From the human T2T-CHM13v2.0 reference genome, Homo sapiens, in assembly GCF_009914755.1 (NCBI RefSeq), contig NC_060925.1: a stretch of DNA of 64,000 bases. One strand, 5' to 3'. This document shows, one piece after another, positions 1 to 15,896 of this stretch. The notes under the pieces were generated by a model, which saw only the letters and a program-made list of their open reading frames with translations, was not told where the DNA came from and searched no databases. Each line of letters starts with the position of its first letter. Positions within the stretch are counted from its first letter, which is position 1. A program made the position numbers and the translations under genes.

Positions 1-2
1 AT

Positions 3-275
<273 letters not shown>

Positions 276-1449
276 TGAGCTAGAATAGAATCTATTAAAG
301 CTAGTAAGGGAGTTTAGCAAGTTTGCCATATTCAAGACCAATAAAGAAATCAATAGCCTTTCTTTTTTCTTTTCTCTTTCTTTATTTGTTTTAGAGACAG
401 GGGTCTCACTACATTGCCCAGGCTGGAGTGCAGTGGCTACTCACAGGTGTGATCACTGTGTACTACAGCCTCAAACTCCTGAGCTGAAGTGATCCTCCTG
501 CGTCAGCCTCCAGAGGAGCTCAGACTACAGCTATATGCCACTATGCCTGGCTCAATAGACTTTCAATATCAATAAATAATTAAAACCTGTATTAGAAATG
601 AAGATCTCATCCACAATACTGATACAAATAAAAAGATTATTAGAAATCAACCTGACAAACATTATGTAAGATCATTGTGAAGAAAATTCCAAAATTGAAG
701 AACAAATACAAATACATACACAGATCTGAATAAATGAAGATATCCACCAGGTTCATGAGTTCAATATCATAAAGATATAAATTCTTCCTTAATTTGTCCA
801 TAAATTCAATACAATTCTAAATTAAATCCAGCTATGACTTTTTGTGGAACTAAACAGTCTGATCTTAGGATTCATTTGGAAGTAGAAAAGGACAAGATAA
901 TTTTGAAGATGCGGAACAACATAGAAAGACTGTGCCACCACATATCAACTTATTTTATTTTATTTATTTATATTTTGAGACTGAGTCTTGCTCTGTCACC
1001 CAGGCTGGAGTACAGTGTTGCAATCTTGGCTCACTGCAACCTCCACTTCCTGGGTTCAAGTGATTCTTGTGCTTTAGCCTCCCGAGTAGCTGAGATTACA
1101 GGCATGCGCCACCATGCCCGTCTAATTTTTGTGTTTTTAGTAGAGACAGGGTTTTGCCATGTTGGCCAGGCTGGTCTCGAATTCCTGACCTCAGGTGATC
1201 CGCCCTCCTCAGCCTCCCAAAGTGCTGGGATTACAGGCATGAGCCACCGCGCCCAGCCTTATTTTAAAGTTATAAGATTTAAGATGGTATGACATTAGTT
1301 TAGGGATAAATTGTTGAATGGAATGGAAAAGAGACCTTAGAAAGAAGTCCATGAATATACACAGACTTGACATGTTCAAAGGTGGTATTACAAATGTAGA
1401 GGGAAGGAATGAATTAGTCAATAAATGGAAAATTGGTTGTTCTAAAGGA

Positions 1450-2071
1450 CCAAAATAATACACCTGCCCCCTGGGGAGCCCCAGGGGCTGCTGACATTCC
1501 TTCATTTCCCAACACTTCTCAATCTCCCCACAGAGTGAGAGCCTGGCCTCCGTTGCTCTCAGTACATCAGAAGACACAATGACTCTGGTGCCCAGGTCCC
1601 AACCTACCAGACTCATAGAGAGTCTTCCCATCCCCATAAATCTCAGATAAAGCATCAAGCACCATATAACAGCACTGAAGACTGGTTTGCCAACTGGTTA
1701 CACAGAGAAGCTGTGTAACACAGCCCAGAAGTTAACTAACTCCCCGTAGAGCAAACTTCAACCAAGAACAAACAGAAGTGGAGCCAGAAAATAAATTATT
1801 TGCCCTTTCTCCTGTCTCTGATGCACAATTCTGAGGTGTAGCACTTCCACGAAACCTATCTGGAAGATGTCCTGGGTAACAAAGCCACAGGCTGAATTTC
1901 CTTAGGAAGCTGTGCCCAGCTTCTAACATGGTATCCTGCATTTGCTTTCTTTTCTTCCATGACTTATTTCCCTTTTCCCCTCACTCTTGTTGGCCTGGGA
2001 TTGCCCCTCTCAATACCTTAGCATGGAGGTGGTACTTCAGGCTCTGTTTTTCAGAGAACCTGGGTAAGACA
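1450..2071 (+). mobile_element. ERVL-type solo LTR (LTR16-like)
   Basis: Ends ggctctgtttttcagagaacctgggtaagaca, as in the LTR16 family 3' end; subfamily uncertain. Confidence 0.45.
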
Positions 2072-2372
2072 GTTGCGTGTATAGAAAAAAAAGAAAGTTA
2101 GGTCTCTACGCCACACCATATCCAAAACCATATGTAAGAGGAATAAAAACCTAAATATGTAAAATAAAGCTTTAAAACATTTTGAAGAGAATGTAGAAAA
2201 ACCTTTCTCTCAGAATAGTAAATTTTTTTTAAAACAAAAAAAGCATAAACCATGAAAGAAAAGTTTGATACGTATGATACCTATAATTTAAAACATGTAT
2301 TTAACAAAAGATGATATGAAACAGATGAATTACATGCTGCACTCTGAGAGAAGATATTTGTAATTCATTTAA

Positions 2373-2681
<309 letters not shown>

Positions 2682-2926
2682 TGAGGCACCATGCCCGGCA
2701 GGTATGACGAATTTATAACAAAATTCCTACAAATCAAGAATACAAGATAAAGAGCAGAAAAAATGGGTAAAGAACAGAAACTGGGAATTCCTAGAAGAGG
2801 ACTTCTGGATGGCCAATAAACATATAAAAGATAATGAACCTCATTATTGATTAAACAAACCATTTGGGATACCATTTCGCACCCATCTAATTGGAAAAAA
2901 TCTTAAGAGAATAATACCAGTGTTGG

Positions 2927-3227
2927 GGCGCGCGCAGTGGCTCACGCCTGTAATCCCAGCACTTCGGGAGGCCGAGGCGGGCGGATCACGAGGTCAGGAG
3001 ATAGAGACCATCCTGGCTAACACAGTGAAACCCCATCTCTACTAAAAATACAAAAAATTAGCCGGGCGTGGTGGTGAGAGCCTGTAGTCCAGCTACTCGG
3101 GAGGCTGAGGCAGGAGAACGGCGTGAACCCGGGAGGCGGAGCTTGCAGTGAGCGCTGAGATCGCGCCACTGCACTGCAGCCTGGGGGACAGAGAGAGACT
3201 CCATCTCAAAAAAAAAAAAAAAAAAAA
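2927..3227 (+). mobile_element. AluY-type element inserted in an old L1
   Basis: Y-diagnostic cctggctaacac and ggcgtgaacccgggaggcggagcttgc; TSD aagagaataataccagtgttgg on both sides. Confidence 0.9.
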
Positions 3228-3695
3228 GAGAATAATACCAGTGTTGGATATAGAGCAACAAACTCTCACACACTGCTGGTGAGAGTGTCAATTGTAATAA
3301 CTTATTAGAAAATGACAGTGTATTTGTGAAGGTGAAGATGTGCATGTGCTTTGACTCAGAAATTCCATGTCTTGTTATATTTGCCAGGCTAGAGAAGCCC
3401 TCACGCATCCGTATACAAGGAGATGTATATAAAAATGATAATTGTAGTGTTGTTTGTAATAGAAAATATTGGAAACAACTCAGATATTCGACAAGAGAAA
3501 ATATAAATAAGTTTTAGTATATTCACAAGATAGAATATTATGCAGCAGTTCAAATGAATTAACCAGAGCTGCATACATCAACAAGGATAAGTCAAACACA
3601 TAACGATGAGAGAAAAAAAGTCAAGTTGCAGAATAATGCATACAGTATACCACTTACATATAGATTAAAAATATGTGGCCAGGCGTGGTGGCTCA

Positions 3696-4009
<314 letters not shown>

Positions 4010-4311
4010 TTATGACACACGTATTTGGAGTATAAGAACACACATGGGAAAACTAAACACAGGATTCAGGATAGTTGTTATGGATGGGAAAGAGGGACAG
4101 AAATGAGATCAGCATGGAGTGTACAGAAGATTTCACTTCTACCTGAAATGTTTATTCTTTTTTGAAAAATCTGAAGTATGACAAAATGTTAGCATTCATG
4201 CAGCTGGGTGTGGGAACAGGTGTCCATTCTGTTTTTGTATGTTTGCAACATTCATTAATTTTTTAACTTTGCACCATTTCATTAATTTTTTTTAACTAAG
4301 TGGAATGATTT

Positions 4312-5630
4312 TGAAGGAGTGAAGAATGTGCCATCCCAAAATATGCCAGATTGGTATATTTATTATTTCAAGTTGAAAACATTGGAGACGAGGCGCATGG
4401 CTCACGCCTGTAGTCCAAGCACTTTGGGAGGCCAAGGTGGGCGGATAGTTTGAGCACAGGAAATCGAGACCAGCCTGGGTAACACAGTGAGACCCCATCT
4501 CTACAAAAAATATAAAAATTAGCCTGGTGTGGGAACACGTGCCTGTAGTACCAACTACTCAGGAGGCTGAGGTTGGAGAATCACTTGAGCCCAGGAGGTC
4601 AAGGCTGCAGCAAGCTGTGATTGTACCACTGCACTCTAGCCTGGGTGACAGAGCGAAAACCTGTCTCAAGACAAAAAAAAAAAAAAAAAACCATAGCAAG
4701 ATCCCATCTTTACAAAAATAAAAACTTTTTGTTTTGTTTTGTTTTGAGACAGAGTTTCACTCTTGTTGCCCAGGCTGGAGTGCAATAACGCAATTTCGGC
4801 ACACTAGAACCTCCGCCTCCCAGGTTCAAGCAATTCTTCTGCCTCAGCCTCCCAAGCAGCTGGGATTACAGTTTTGTGCCACCATGCCCAGCTAATTTTG
4901 TATTTTTAGTAGAGATGGGGTTTCACTATGTTGGCCAGGCTGGTTTCAAACTCCTGACCTCAGGTGATCCACCCGCCTCAGCCTCCCAAAGTACTGGGAT
5001 TACAGGGATGAGCCAATGTTTCTTAAAAAAGAAAACATTGGAGAAATTGTAGTTTCAGAAAGGGTGAGAACTGACAATTTTCTTCCTGCGTGTAGCCAGA
5101 TTCCTCTGGGAGGGGTACCCTCTCTATACCAGAGCAAGGAAATAGCCCTTATCACTAGAAACTTGGACTTGAAGGCTGCAATGGGCCTGAATAAATACAC
5201 CTAGTGAAGTTACCCTTAGCTTTTACCTGTATTACACCCCTCCATGTATTTCCTAACGACTCCCCTAGAAAATTTTACTGCCCTAGCCAGATTTTATTTT
5301 CTCTCAGGTTTGGGAAACATTTTTGTTAAATAGTTTCAAGCTCTCCTGAGAGATCGGCAGATATTCAAACATATTTCTCTCTTGGAGCACAGTTCTGGGT
5401 CATTTCTTCTCAAGTTTATTGCTCTTTGTCTAAAAAGTATGAGAGTATCTTGCTTTGGCCATTTCTTCAGACTTCACTCATAAAGATCCCCATGTACATG
5501 TAAAACTAATACAATTTGTATACTTTTATTCATCTGCTTGGTGTCAATTTGGTTTCCAGATCCAGCCAAAGAGCCCACTAGGAGCTAGAAGGGGGATTAG
5601 GGGGATTGGCTGTGATCTATGGCTCCCTTA
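4312..5630 (+). mobile_element. ERV1 solo LTR (MER34-group-like) split by nested Alus (4389-5015)
   Basis: Starts tgaaggag..tgccatcccaaaatatgcc; 14-bp TSD gaaaacattggaga at 4375-4388 and 5031-5044 brackets the Alu block. Confidence 0.65.
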
Positions 5631-7495
5631 TTCACTGGAAAGACTCAGTGAAGACTGAAGACTGACTGAGTTGCTAAAAAAAAAAAAAAAAAAAAAAGAA
5701 AGCAAAAACGACTGTTGAAATAAATGTAAGCAAAACAACTACAGAGTTGGGTAAATAATTTTAAGTAATTTAAAGTCCTACACATAGATATCTTCCTAGG
5801 TGTGTTTAAGTTCTTGCACATTAAAGAAACCCAAAATGAAGAATCATAAAAATGCATATTGTGAGTGGTTTGTTCAAGAATGATAATACAGAGTTCCAAT
5901 CAGTGGACTATTGTACAAAGAAAAACAAGCTTGCCTCACATTCGAAGGCCTATGAATGGATGTATATAAATGGGTTTGAACTTAAAATATTTAAAATAAG
6001 TACAGATCATATTTTATGATTCCCTACTTTAATGGAATGGTTCCATTTCTAGACTGATCACATTGGATAAATGTCCTTTGTGATAGTCATTCTAAGGTCT
6101 CTCAACACAGATTAAAGGCCCCTATGTTATTCATTGACCTCGGTGCTGATGGTTTTCTAGAGGACTGAGTGAACCAGAAGAGGTGGGGTACAAACATCCT
6201 AGGCAGAGGAAAAAAAGGGAGCAAATTCAGCAAAACATGGACATGGCATAGAGCATCAATTTCTTCTACTGGAGGGTATAGCAGGAGGGGAGTGGGAAAG
6301 TTGAGAAAACAAGTTATGGTAAAAGAAAAAAAAGAGGCAGTTGAATTTAGTCTCCATTTTCACATACTGGCTCTCTAAGCTTTGTTAAATAGTTTCAAGC
6401 TTTCTGGGATTGGCAGATATTCAAAGCTAACTATTTCTCTCTTAGGACACATTTACAGATTCTGCAGAAGACCCAATAGGAAGATTCTGTTGTACCTTAT
6501 ATAATTCAGGTGATACCATCTCCCTTTCATTGGCTACTCTCATCTCAGCCTCTGTTTTTTGGTGGTCCAGTCTACACTGGGTCTTTCTGTTAGGAGTTCC
6601 ATGGCTCTTCCAGGCAATCCTCCTAGGCAAGATTTTAAAGGGTTTAAGCCAGCTCTCCTTCCAAAGAAACCTTCCACCCTGACAAACTCTTGGAGTGCAG
6701 GCCACTTGATATAATCATTTATTTGACCTTCACCCCTGTAGTTGGAACAGCTAGCTAGTCCACCACTGCCTTTCACATGTCCTAGGCAAGAGTTAGATAT
6801 TGGTCCACTGCATCCCATTACCTGCAGGAGTTACATATCAAGGTCTCCAAGTGGTCCCATTGAAATGGCTCCCCCTTGGCTTAAGAATAAGAAAGTATCA
6901 CCCAACCCTGCTTATTGGGAGAGAGGGAGGAGAAATCCTCACAAGCTTATGTCTCTCCAGAAAAGTCCTCTTCAAAGAAGCCCTACAGCAACATCTCTTT
7001 ACCTCCCTGAGGATGAGGGGCTTGAGAACTGTGCAACTGGTTTTTGATTATCTACTTTGAAACTCCCACAGAAGGGTATGCTGACAACTTTGCCATCTAA
7101 TATCTATTGCCTTAGGGTTTCTGGTGGACACTTCCTATTTGAAATCTATTACACTTATATTTGTGGACTAAACAATACTTGGATGTGATGTATTATTCTT
7201 TTACTATCCTAATGGATTAAATTTACCAGTGTTTTATTTAAGATTTTGTAATCTATGTTTATAAATGAAATTGACCTATACATGTGCTTTTTTTGTACAG
7301 ACCTTGTGTCATGTAGCAGGACAGAAATTTGCATACTATGACTCAGATGTGCGAAAGAATGTTAACATTTGTTACTTTCTGTAATGACTCCTATTTTAGA
7401 CTCAAGCCTCAATTCCTACTAATAGCAGGGGGAAATTTTTAAATTGTGTTTATGTCTCTGTGAGTTTAAATAGAATTTAATTCATTCAAAATTCA

Positions 7496-7675
<180 letters not shown>

Positions 7676-7682
7676 CTACTCA

Positions 7683-7805
<123 letters not shown>

Positions 7806-8423
7806 TCACACTCCCTGCTGGCTATTTTCTCCCCTCATAAAAGCAGGAGGAGAATACCACACTGTCCTGTGGCCTTCCCTGAGATGTCCCTCATCCCACT
7901 GTTGAAGCTGACAGAGGGAAACTTGGCTGTATCTTATCTTTTGTGGCATCATTTTGCTGCCTATTACTGAGATTCTTCATTCCTGCATTCTGTGCTCTGC
8001 TTATGCAACCTAAGGCTTCCTGCAGCCAAGTGGTTCCCCTCAGCACCATCTGTCCCCTGAGGAATCCAAGGAACTCTTGACTGCTTTCTCCTTGACATGA
8101 TGTACTTGTGGGATCCTGGGAGGCTGCTCTCAGACTTCTCCCTCATCCGTTACTACCTGAGTCATACTGAACATGGTACCAACCCCAATACAGGGTTGTT
8201 CCAAGGAACCTGCATCATCTGAAACAAAATCTGGAAAGTGGGCATGAGCCATGTTTTGGAATTTCACCAGATCTGTATCCCCAAATCACTTATTTCTGGC
8301 CTCCCACTCCTTTGTCTCTCACACTCTCTGCTTTTCCCAATTATCAGAAGAACTTCCTGCTTTCCCTTCCTGTCTCTCAGGAATTCTTCTACCAAATACC
8401 CTTTTCCTTCCTACGTGGCATTA

Positions 8424-8636
<213 letters not shown>

Positions 8637-8775
8637 TTAGCCAGGTGTGGTGGCACGCACCTGTAGTACCAGCTACTTGGGAGGCTGAGGTGGAAGAATC
8701 ACCTGAGCCCAGGAAGTTGAGGCTGCAGTGAGGAATGATAGCACCACTGGGTGACAGGAGTGAGACCCTGACTCC

Positions 8776-8779
<4 letters not shown>

Positions 8780-8822
<43 letters not shown>
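8780..8822. repeat. (GA)n microsatellite in an Alu tail
   Basis: About 21 uninterrupted GA units. Confidence 0.95.
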
Positions 8823-8827
<5 letters not shown>

Positions 8828-10830
8828 CATTAGGGTATTTTCTACAAACACTTCAACTAGCTTACTTACATTTAAGCCCAAGATATTTATTGTTCTTATG
8901 CTTTTGCTGCTAAATCAAGGATAGACTCACACATAATATTTCTCTATTATACTGGTGGGTTAGCACACTGCCTATTTCCTCCAAGTGGTTTAATCAGCTT
9001 CTTGAAACCCATACTAATAACTATTACATGTAATTCATTTCCCTTTCCCTTGCAGATAAAAGTGGCCAACTAGATGTAAGCAGAAGTCACTGGGTAGGCT
9101 TCTTGGAACTCTGTCATTATTGCCCTTCTTCCGTTTGTCCTTTCTGTTGCTTGGAAGGCAGATGAGGTGGCTAGAGCTTCAAAAGCCATATTGGACCAAG
9201 AGTAACCTAGAACATGAAGGTGTGTGCCAAAGATGGCAGAGCACATGGAAAGGGGAGATCCTGGATGCTTAATGACCAAGGAGCAGCCACACCAACCCTG
9301 AACTGCCTAACTCTGCTCTTCTTTATTCTGAGGAAGAAATATGCCTCTTTTGTATTTAAGTTGCTTTAATTAGTATCTTCTACAAACAACCACATGTAAT
9401 TTCTTACAAATTATTCAGTTAAGTGATGTATTCAGTCATACAACTAGGTCAGGCACTTGTAATCCCAGCACTTTGGAAGGATGAAGTGGAAGGACCACTT
9501 GAGGCCAGGAGTTGGAGACCAGCCCGAGCAACATAGGGAGACCCCATCTCTACAAAAAATTTAAAAATGAGCAGGGCATGGTGGTGCATGCCTGTAGTCC
9601 AAGCTACTGGGGAAGTTGAGGCAGAAGGATCACTTGAGCCCAAGAGGTCGAGACTGCAGTGATCTATGATTGTGTCACTGCACTCCAGCCTAGGTGACAG
9701 AGTGAGATCCTGTCAAAAGAAAGAAAGAGAGAAAAAGAAAAAAGAAAGAGAGAGAGACAGAGAGGGAGAGAGAGATGGAGGGAAGGAAGGAAGGGAAGGA
9801 GGGAGGGGAATTTTTAAAAAACTAACAAAGTCATACAACTAGTAAGATGTTAATACTCAGATTTATCTAGCTCCAAAGCCCATATTCTTGCCTTTCCAGG
9901 AGGAAACTTCTCTTTTACAAGAGGAAAATAGTATATTTTTATAAAGTATCTGCAATAAAATGAAAAAAATCGTAGTTGGCTCCACCATATTTAGGGAAAG
10001 GTAATTATTTTTTACATCTAGAGTTCTTTATGTGAGAAAGCATTTCAGCTAGCAAAATAGTTCTCTATTAGATGTATGCAACATAAAATTATAGAAACAC
10101 ACCGTGACCTATCAAACTAGACATAATTTATTTCCTATCTCTGACTTTTTCTATTAATATTAATTGGCTTCTTATTCATTTCTTTTGTTGTCAGCTAGCA
10201 TACACTGACAGACAAGCAGAAAGAGGTACCAATGTTGAGGAAAATTAATAGGGAACGTTTTTGAAATCTATAACAAATTATATTCATTAATGTAACTTTT
10301 TTCATTTGGAAAAAAATCCACAATTATTTAACTGTAAGTCTAATGCATTAGGTCTACCTTATGGGACACATAGCTTGCATTCTCTAATCTATATGATTGC
10401 CCGATGAGGACTTAGACTATCAGGATGGAAAAGACATAGAAGACAAGGAATAGATAGGCTTTGTGGGCCATCATGAACCTAGAAGCCTGTATAAACATTT
10501 GAGCCTTTAAAGTTTAAGAGATCATTTAATGAGAATAGGAAATCAACCATATGTACTATTTAACCTACACGTTCTAAATTGCTACTGAGGAAAATATCAG
10601 TAGAATAAGTGAGGAAAATTGTGATACATTTTTGGTAAAATACCAAAAAGCAACATAAGGTTTTTAGAATGGTTTATTAAATAATACTGTTATTATCATC
10701 TCCTTTTGGAAAAAGAAGAAATGATTGTCTGAGGCTGTTGAAAACATTCAGAGTTTGAGTGTCCTGTGTAGCAGAAAGGAAGGTAAAACTGTGATTTATC
10801 AGCAGATGCCACTTTTTGGTTTTAAGGTTT

Positions 10831-11707
10831 TATAGTAGGTAGAATAATGACACCCCCACCCCCACAAAGACATCCATGTTCTAATCCCCAGGACCTGTGA
10901 CTATGTTACCTTATGTAGTAAAAGGGGCTTTGCAGATGTGATTAATGTAAAGGTTTTAAAATAGAGATATTATTCTGAATAATCTGAGTGGGCCTGATAT
11001 GGTTTGTATTTGTGTCCCCACCCAAATCTCATGTCAAATTGTAATCCCCAATGTTGGAAGAGGGGCCTGGTGGGAGGTGATTGGATCACGATGGCAGATT
11101 TCCTCTTTGCTGTTCTCATAATAGTGAGTTCTCACGAGATCTGGTTGTTTAAAAGTGTGTAGCACCTCCTCCTTCACTCTCTTCCTCCTGCTCCAGCCAT
11201 GAACGACATGTCTTCTTCCTCCTTGCTTTCTGCCATGATTGTAAGTTTCCTGAGGCCTCCCCAGCCATGCTTCCTGTACAGCCTGTAGAACTGTGAGCCA
11301 ATTAAACCTCTTTTCCTTATAAATTACACAATCTCAGGTATTTCTTTATAGTAGTGTGAGAATGAAGTAATACAGGGCCCAATGTAATAACAAGGGTCAT
11401 TAAAAGATGAAAGAGGGAAGCTGAAGAGAGAGGAGATTTGACTACAAAGACAGAGGTCAGAGTGATGTCATTATTGAAGGAGGCCATGAGCCAAGGAAGG
11501 GAGAGAAACAGCCCCTAGAAGTTGAAAAAGGCAAGGAACAGATTCTCCCCTAGAGCCTCCAGAAGGAACACAGCCCTGCCTTGACTTTAGCCCCATAAGA
11601 CCCATTTCTACACTTCTGATCCCCAAAACTATAAGATAATGCATGTCTGTTGTTTCAAGCCACAAAGTTTGTGGTAATTTATTATAGCAACAATAGGAAA
11701 TAAATAT
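10831..11707 (+). mobile_element. MLT1 (B/C/D-like) MaLR LTR, interrupted by an MST LTR
   Basis: 'agaataatg..catgttctaatcccc..tatgttacctta' start and 'gtttgtggtaatttattatagcaacaataggaaataa' end. Confidence 0.8.
10995..11374 (+). mobile_element. MSTA-like MaLR solo LTR
   Basis: tgatatggtttg...taataca termini; perfect 5-bp TSD gggcc at 10990-10994 and 11375-11379. Confidence 0.88.
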
Positions 11708-12712
11708 GAGTTTCAAACTTTTATTTGCTTAAGCAAGGTAAAACAACTGAATCAATAGGAAGTGAGAGGGGTAGTAGGTCCTGCCCATTCTCCTCTCCTC
11801 TCAACTTCCCTCACCACTTTCTTTTTGGACACAGAGTCTCATTCCATCACCCAGGTTGGAGTGCAATGGTGTAATCTCGGCTCACTGCAACCTCTGCCTC
11901 TCAGCTTCAAATGATTGTCATGCCTCAGCCTCCTGAGTAGTTGGGACTACAGGCGCCTGCCACTATGCCTGGCTAATTTTTGTATTTTTAGTAGAGATGG
12001 GGTTTCGCCATGTTGGCCAGGTTGCCTCGAACTCCTGGCCTCAAGTGATCCACCCGCCTCAGCCACCCAAAGTGCTGTGATTACAGGCATGAGTCACCGC
12101 GCCCTGGCTGATATCACCACTTTCTAAGGAGTTTGTTTTAAATGGAAATATGCAAATCAAGGAACAAACCATGGGCCTTGGAGAAATGGCTGGTTCCAAA
12201 ATTAGGACAGAAAATATACAAGATGAATCTGAAACATCTTCTAGTGCCAGAAATAAGGAAATGCTAAAAAGCAACATAAACATAACTAAACAAAACCAAA
12301 AACCACAATAACACAATGATGGGAATATGTTAAAGAGAAACAGGGACCAACTGAAAGAACTCTCAATGGCCAAAGCTGGAACAATTTGAGCAACAAAATA
12401 AACAAATTAGTATTGGATTATAACCCAATGAACAAAATAAATATCCATGAAATCCAGGGTGACTCTTTCCTTCCAAATTCTGAACAATGCGCCCACATGA
12501 AAAACTGCATTTCCCATTTCTCTTGCAGATAGGAACAGCCAATTGGATGAAAGCATAAGTCACTGAATGAAATAAATAAGTGATTGAAGAATAAGTAAAT
12601 GAGGAGAAGAGGTGAATCTCCCATGCAAACGAATTCAAAATAATTTATGTAGCTACTCTGCCCTGAAGGAAGCAAGCATACCACCCCACTCCTTAGTGTG
12701 GGCTGTGCATAG

Positions 12713-12985
<273 letters not shown>

Positions 12986-14712
12986 TGAAAGACTTCCTCC
13001 GTGTCTCATATGGCTTGTCAGCAGTCTCTGGAGATGTGATGTATATTATACAGACCTAGTCTGAGTCTTATCTCCTATAGGCCAGGACTCACTCTCCTAT
13101 TCTTGTAGATAACTAAGGGGGTATCTGGAATCCAAGCTGTGCCATCAACAGAGTACAGATTATAGCTTATGAGCATAAACAACATCACAGATCAAGCAAG
13201 GCCAGAAGATAGCCAGTACCCTTTGGGCCACATTTGGAACTATCCAGAATGGCTACAACATATTTTTTTTTTCTTTTAGGAGAGATGGAGGGCTCTCTAT
13301 GTTGCCCAGGCACATCTTGAATTCCTGGCCTCAAGCAATCCTTTCACCTCAGCCTCCTAACTAGCCAGGATTAACAATATAATACTTTATCCTAATGTTA
13401 CCAGTTGTCTGTGAAGTTGTGCACAGCCTCTAAAGGTACCACAGAGAGCTTTACTATGCGTGTAGGTCTTAGGAATATATTTCTCTAGAGATATGATGAC
13501 ACCACCCACCCCCCCAAAAAAGCAACTGATGGGGAATGTTTAGATGTATCTTAAACCTAGGTTGAAAGGAACGTTTAGTGAACCCATGACTAAATTATTT
13601 TCCAACACTATCTCTCATTGCCCCTGTGCCCAGCCACCAAACACCTTCCTGGAAGACAAGTGCACACTTTGCGTCTGCACCTCTGGTTATCACCAGCTTG
13701 GGCTTGTTCCCTCTTGGTATTTGGCTCAGGGCAGCTGATTTGTCCTTGGTCCCTGGTGTCTATGAGTTTCTTGAACAGCCTACAGACACTTCCAATGAGA
13801 CTATGGAATGATGGCATTTTAAAGCTGGCCTTAGAGGTTATCTAAAGCCCTTCATTTTGCAGATGGCTAGTGAGGTTTTAGAGGCCTTTCTATTTTTGTT
13901 GTTTTTTTTTGTTTTTGACATGGAGTTTCGCTCTTGTTGCTCAGGCTGGAGTGCAGTGGCACGATCCAGCTCACTGCAGCCTCCGCCTCCCAGGCTCAAG
14001 CAATTCTCCTGCCTCAGCCTCCCAAGTAGCTGGAATTACAGGTGCCTGCCACCATGCCCGCCTAATTTTTATATTTTAGTAGAGACGGGGTTTGTTGCGT
14101 TGGCCAGGCTGGTCTCGAACTCCTGGCCTCAGGTGATCTGCCCGCCTCGGCCTCCCAAAGTGCTGGGATTATAGGCATGGGCCACCATGACTGGCCAGTT
14201 TTAATGGCTTTTCTAATGTCACATGCTAGCTAGTTAGCAGTGCTAGGCAGGACAAGAACTTGGGTCTCCCAGTTCGATGGTTTCTTTCCTACTACCCATG
14301 TTGCCTCCTATATAGTCTGCCTAATCTATGCTATATACAGTGCACGCTCTTCTATTGAATATAACTAAATTATCTGATGTAGTCAAATAAAAACTGCACC
14401 TAGGAGCCTTCAGTTGGCTTCAAGATAAAAAAAAATAAAATATGTAGGCTTCAGCAAGACATGACAAAATAAATACAAGATACTGATTGTATGTTGTCAC
14501 CTTCCCAGGCAAGAAAGGACAGGGCCAATGACTATTAATTTTTCCAAGTAAGGGGTATGGCTCATCTGACTTTTGCTTTTCACCAGGGGTTTAGTTTGTA
14601 GGTCCAGGACTGACTTAGTTGGCCAATCAGTGTGAAGGTCAATTATTCAAAATAGTTGTATTCACATTGCTGAGATTATCATATATGAAGATGTAGTTTG
14701 ATGATGGGGTGG

Positions 14713-15071
14713 TGCTATGGTTTGACTGTTTCTGTCCCCCCAGAATTCACATGCTAACACCTAACACCAATGTGATGGAATTAGGAAGTGGGGACTTGAG
14801 AGGTGATCAGGTCATGAAGGCAGAGCCCTCACGATTGGGATTAGTGCCCTTATAAAGGAGACCCCAGACAGCTGTGTTGCCGCTTCTGCCATGTGAGGAC
14901 ACAGCAAGAAGTTACCATCTATGAACCAGAAAATAGGCCCTCATCAGACATCTAATATGCCATCGCCTTGATCTTGAACTTCCCAGTCTCCAGAACTATG
15001 AGCAATACGTTTTTGTCATTTGTAGGCCAATAAGTTTATGGTATATTATTATAGCAGGCCTAATAAAGACA
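14713..15071 (+). mobile_element. MLT1A-like MaLR solo LTR
   Basis: tgctatggtttg...aagaca termini, gggattagtgcccttataaa core; TSD ggtgg/ggtga. Confidence 0.82.
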
Positions 15072-15124
15072 GGTGAGGTGGGCTTGTGCCCCTAGCTGCT
15101 CTCACAATGTTATGTTTATGGTAG

Positions 15125-15538
<414 letters not shown>

Positions 15539-15564
15539 TTGTCTGAATTTTTAAGTCACCTCCT

Positions 15565-15896
<332 letters not shown>

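Noticed and set aside
6442-7060. Cluster of 85-100 aa ORFs on both strands in unassigned sequence
   Set aside because: No motif recognised; probably a decayed repeat or chance
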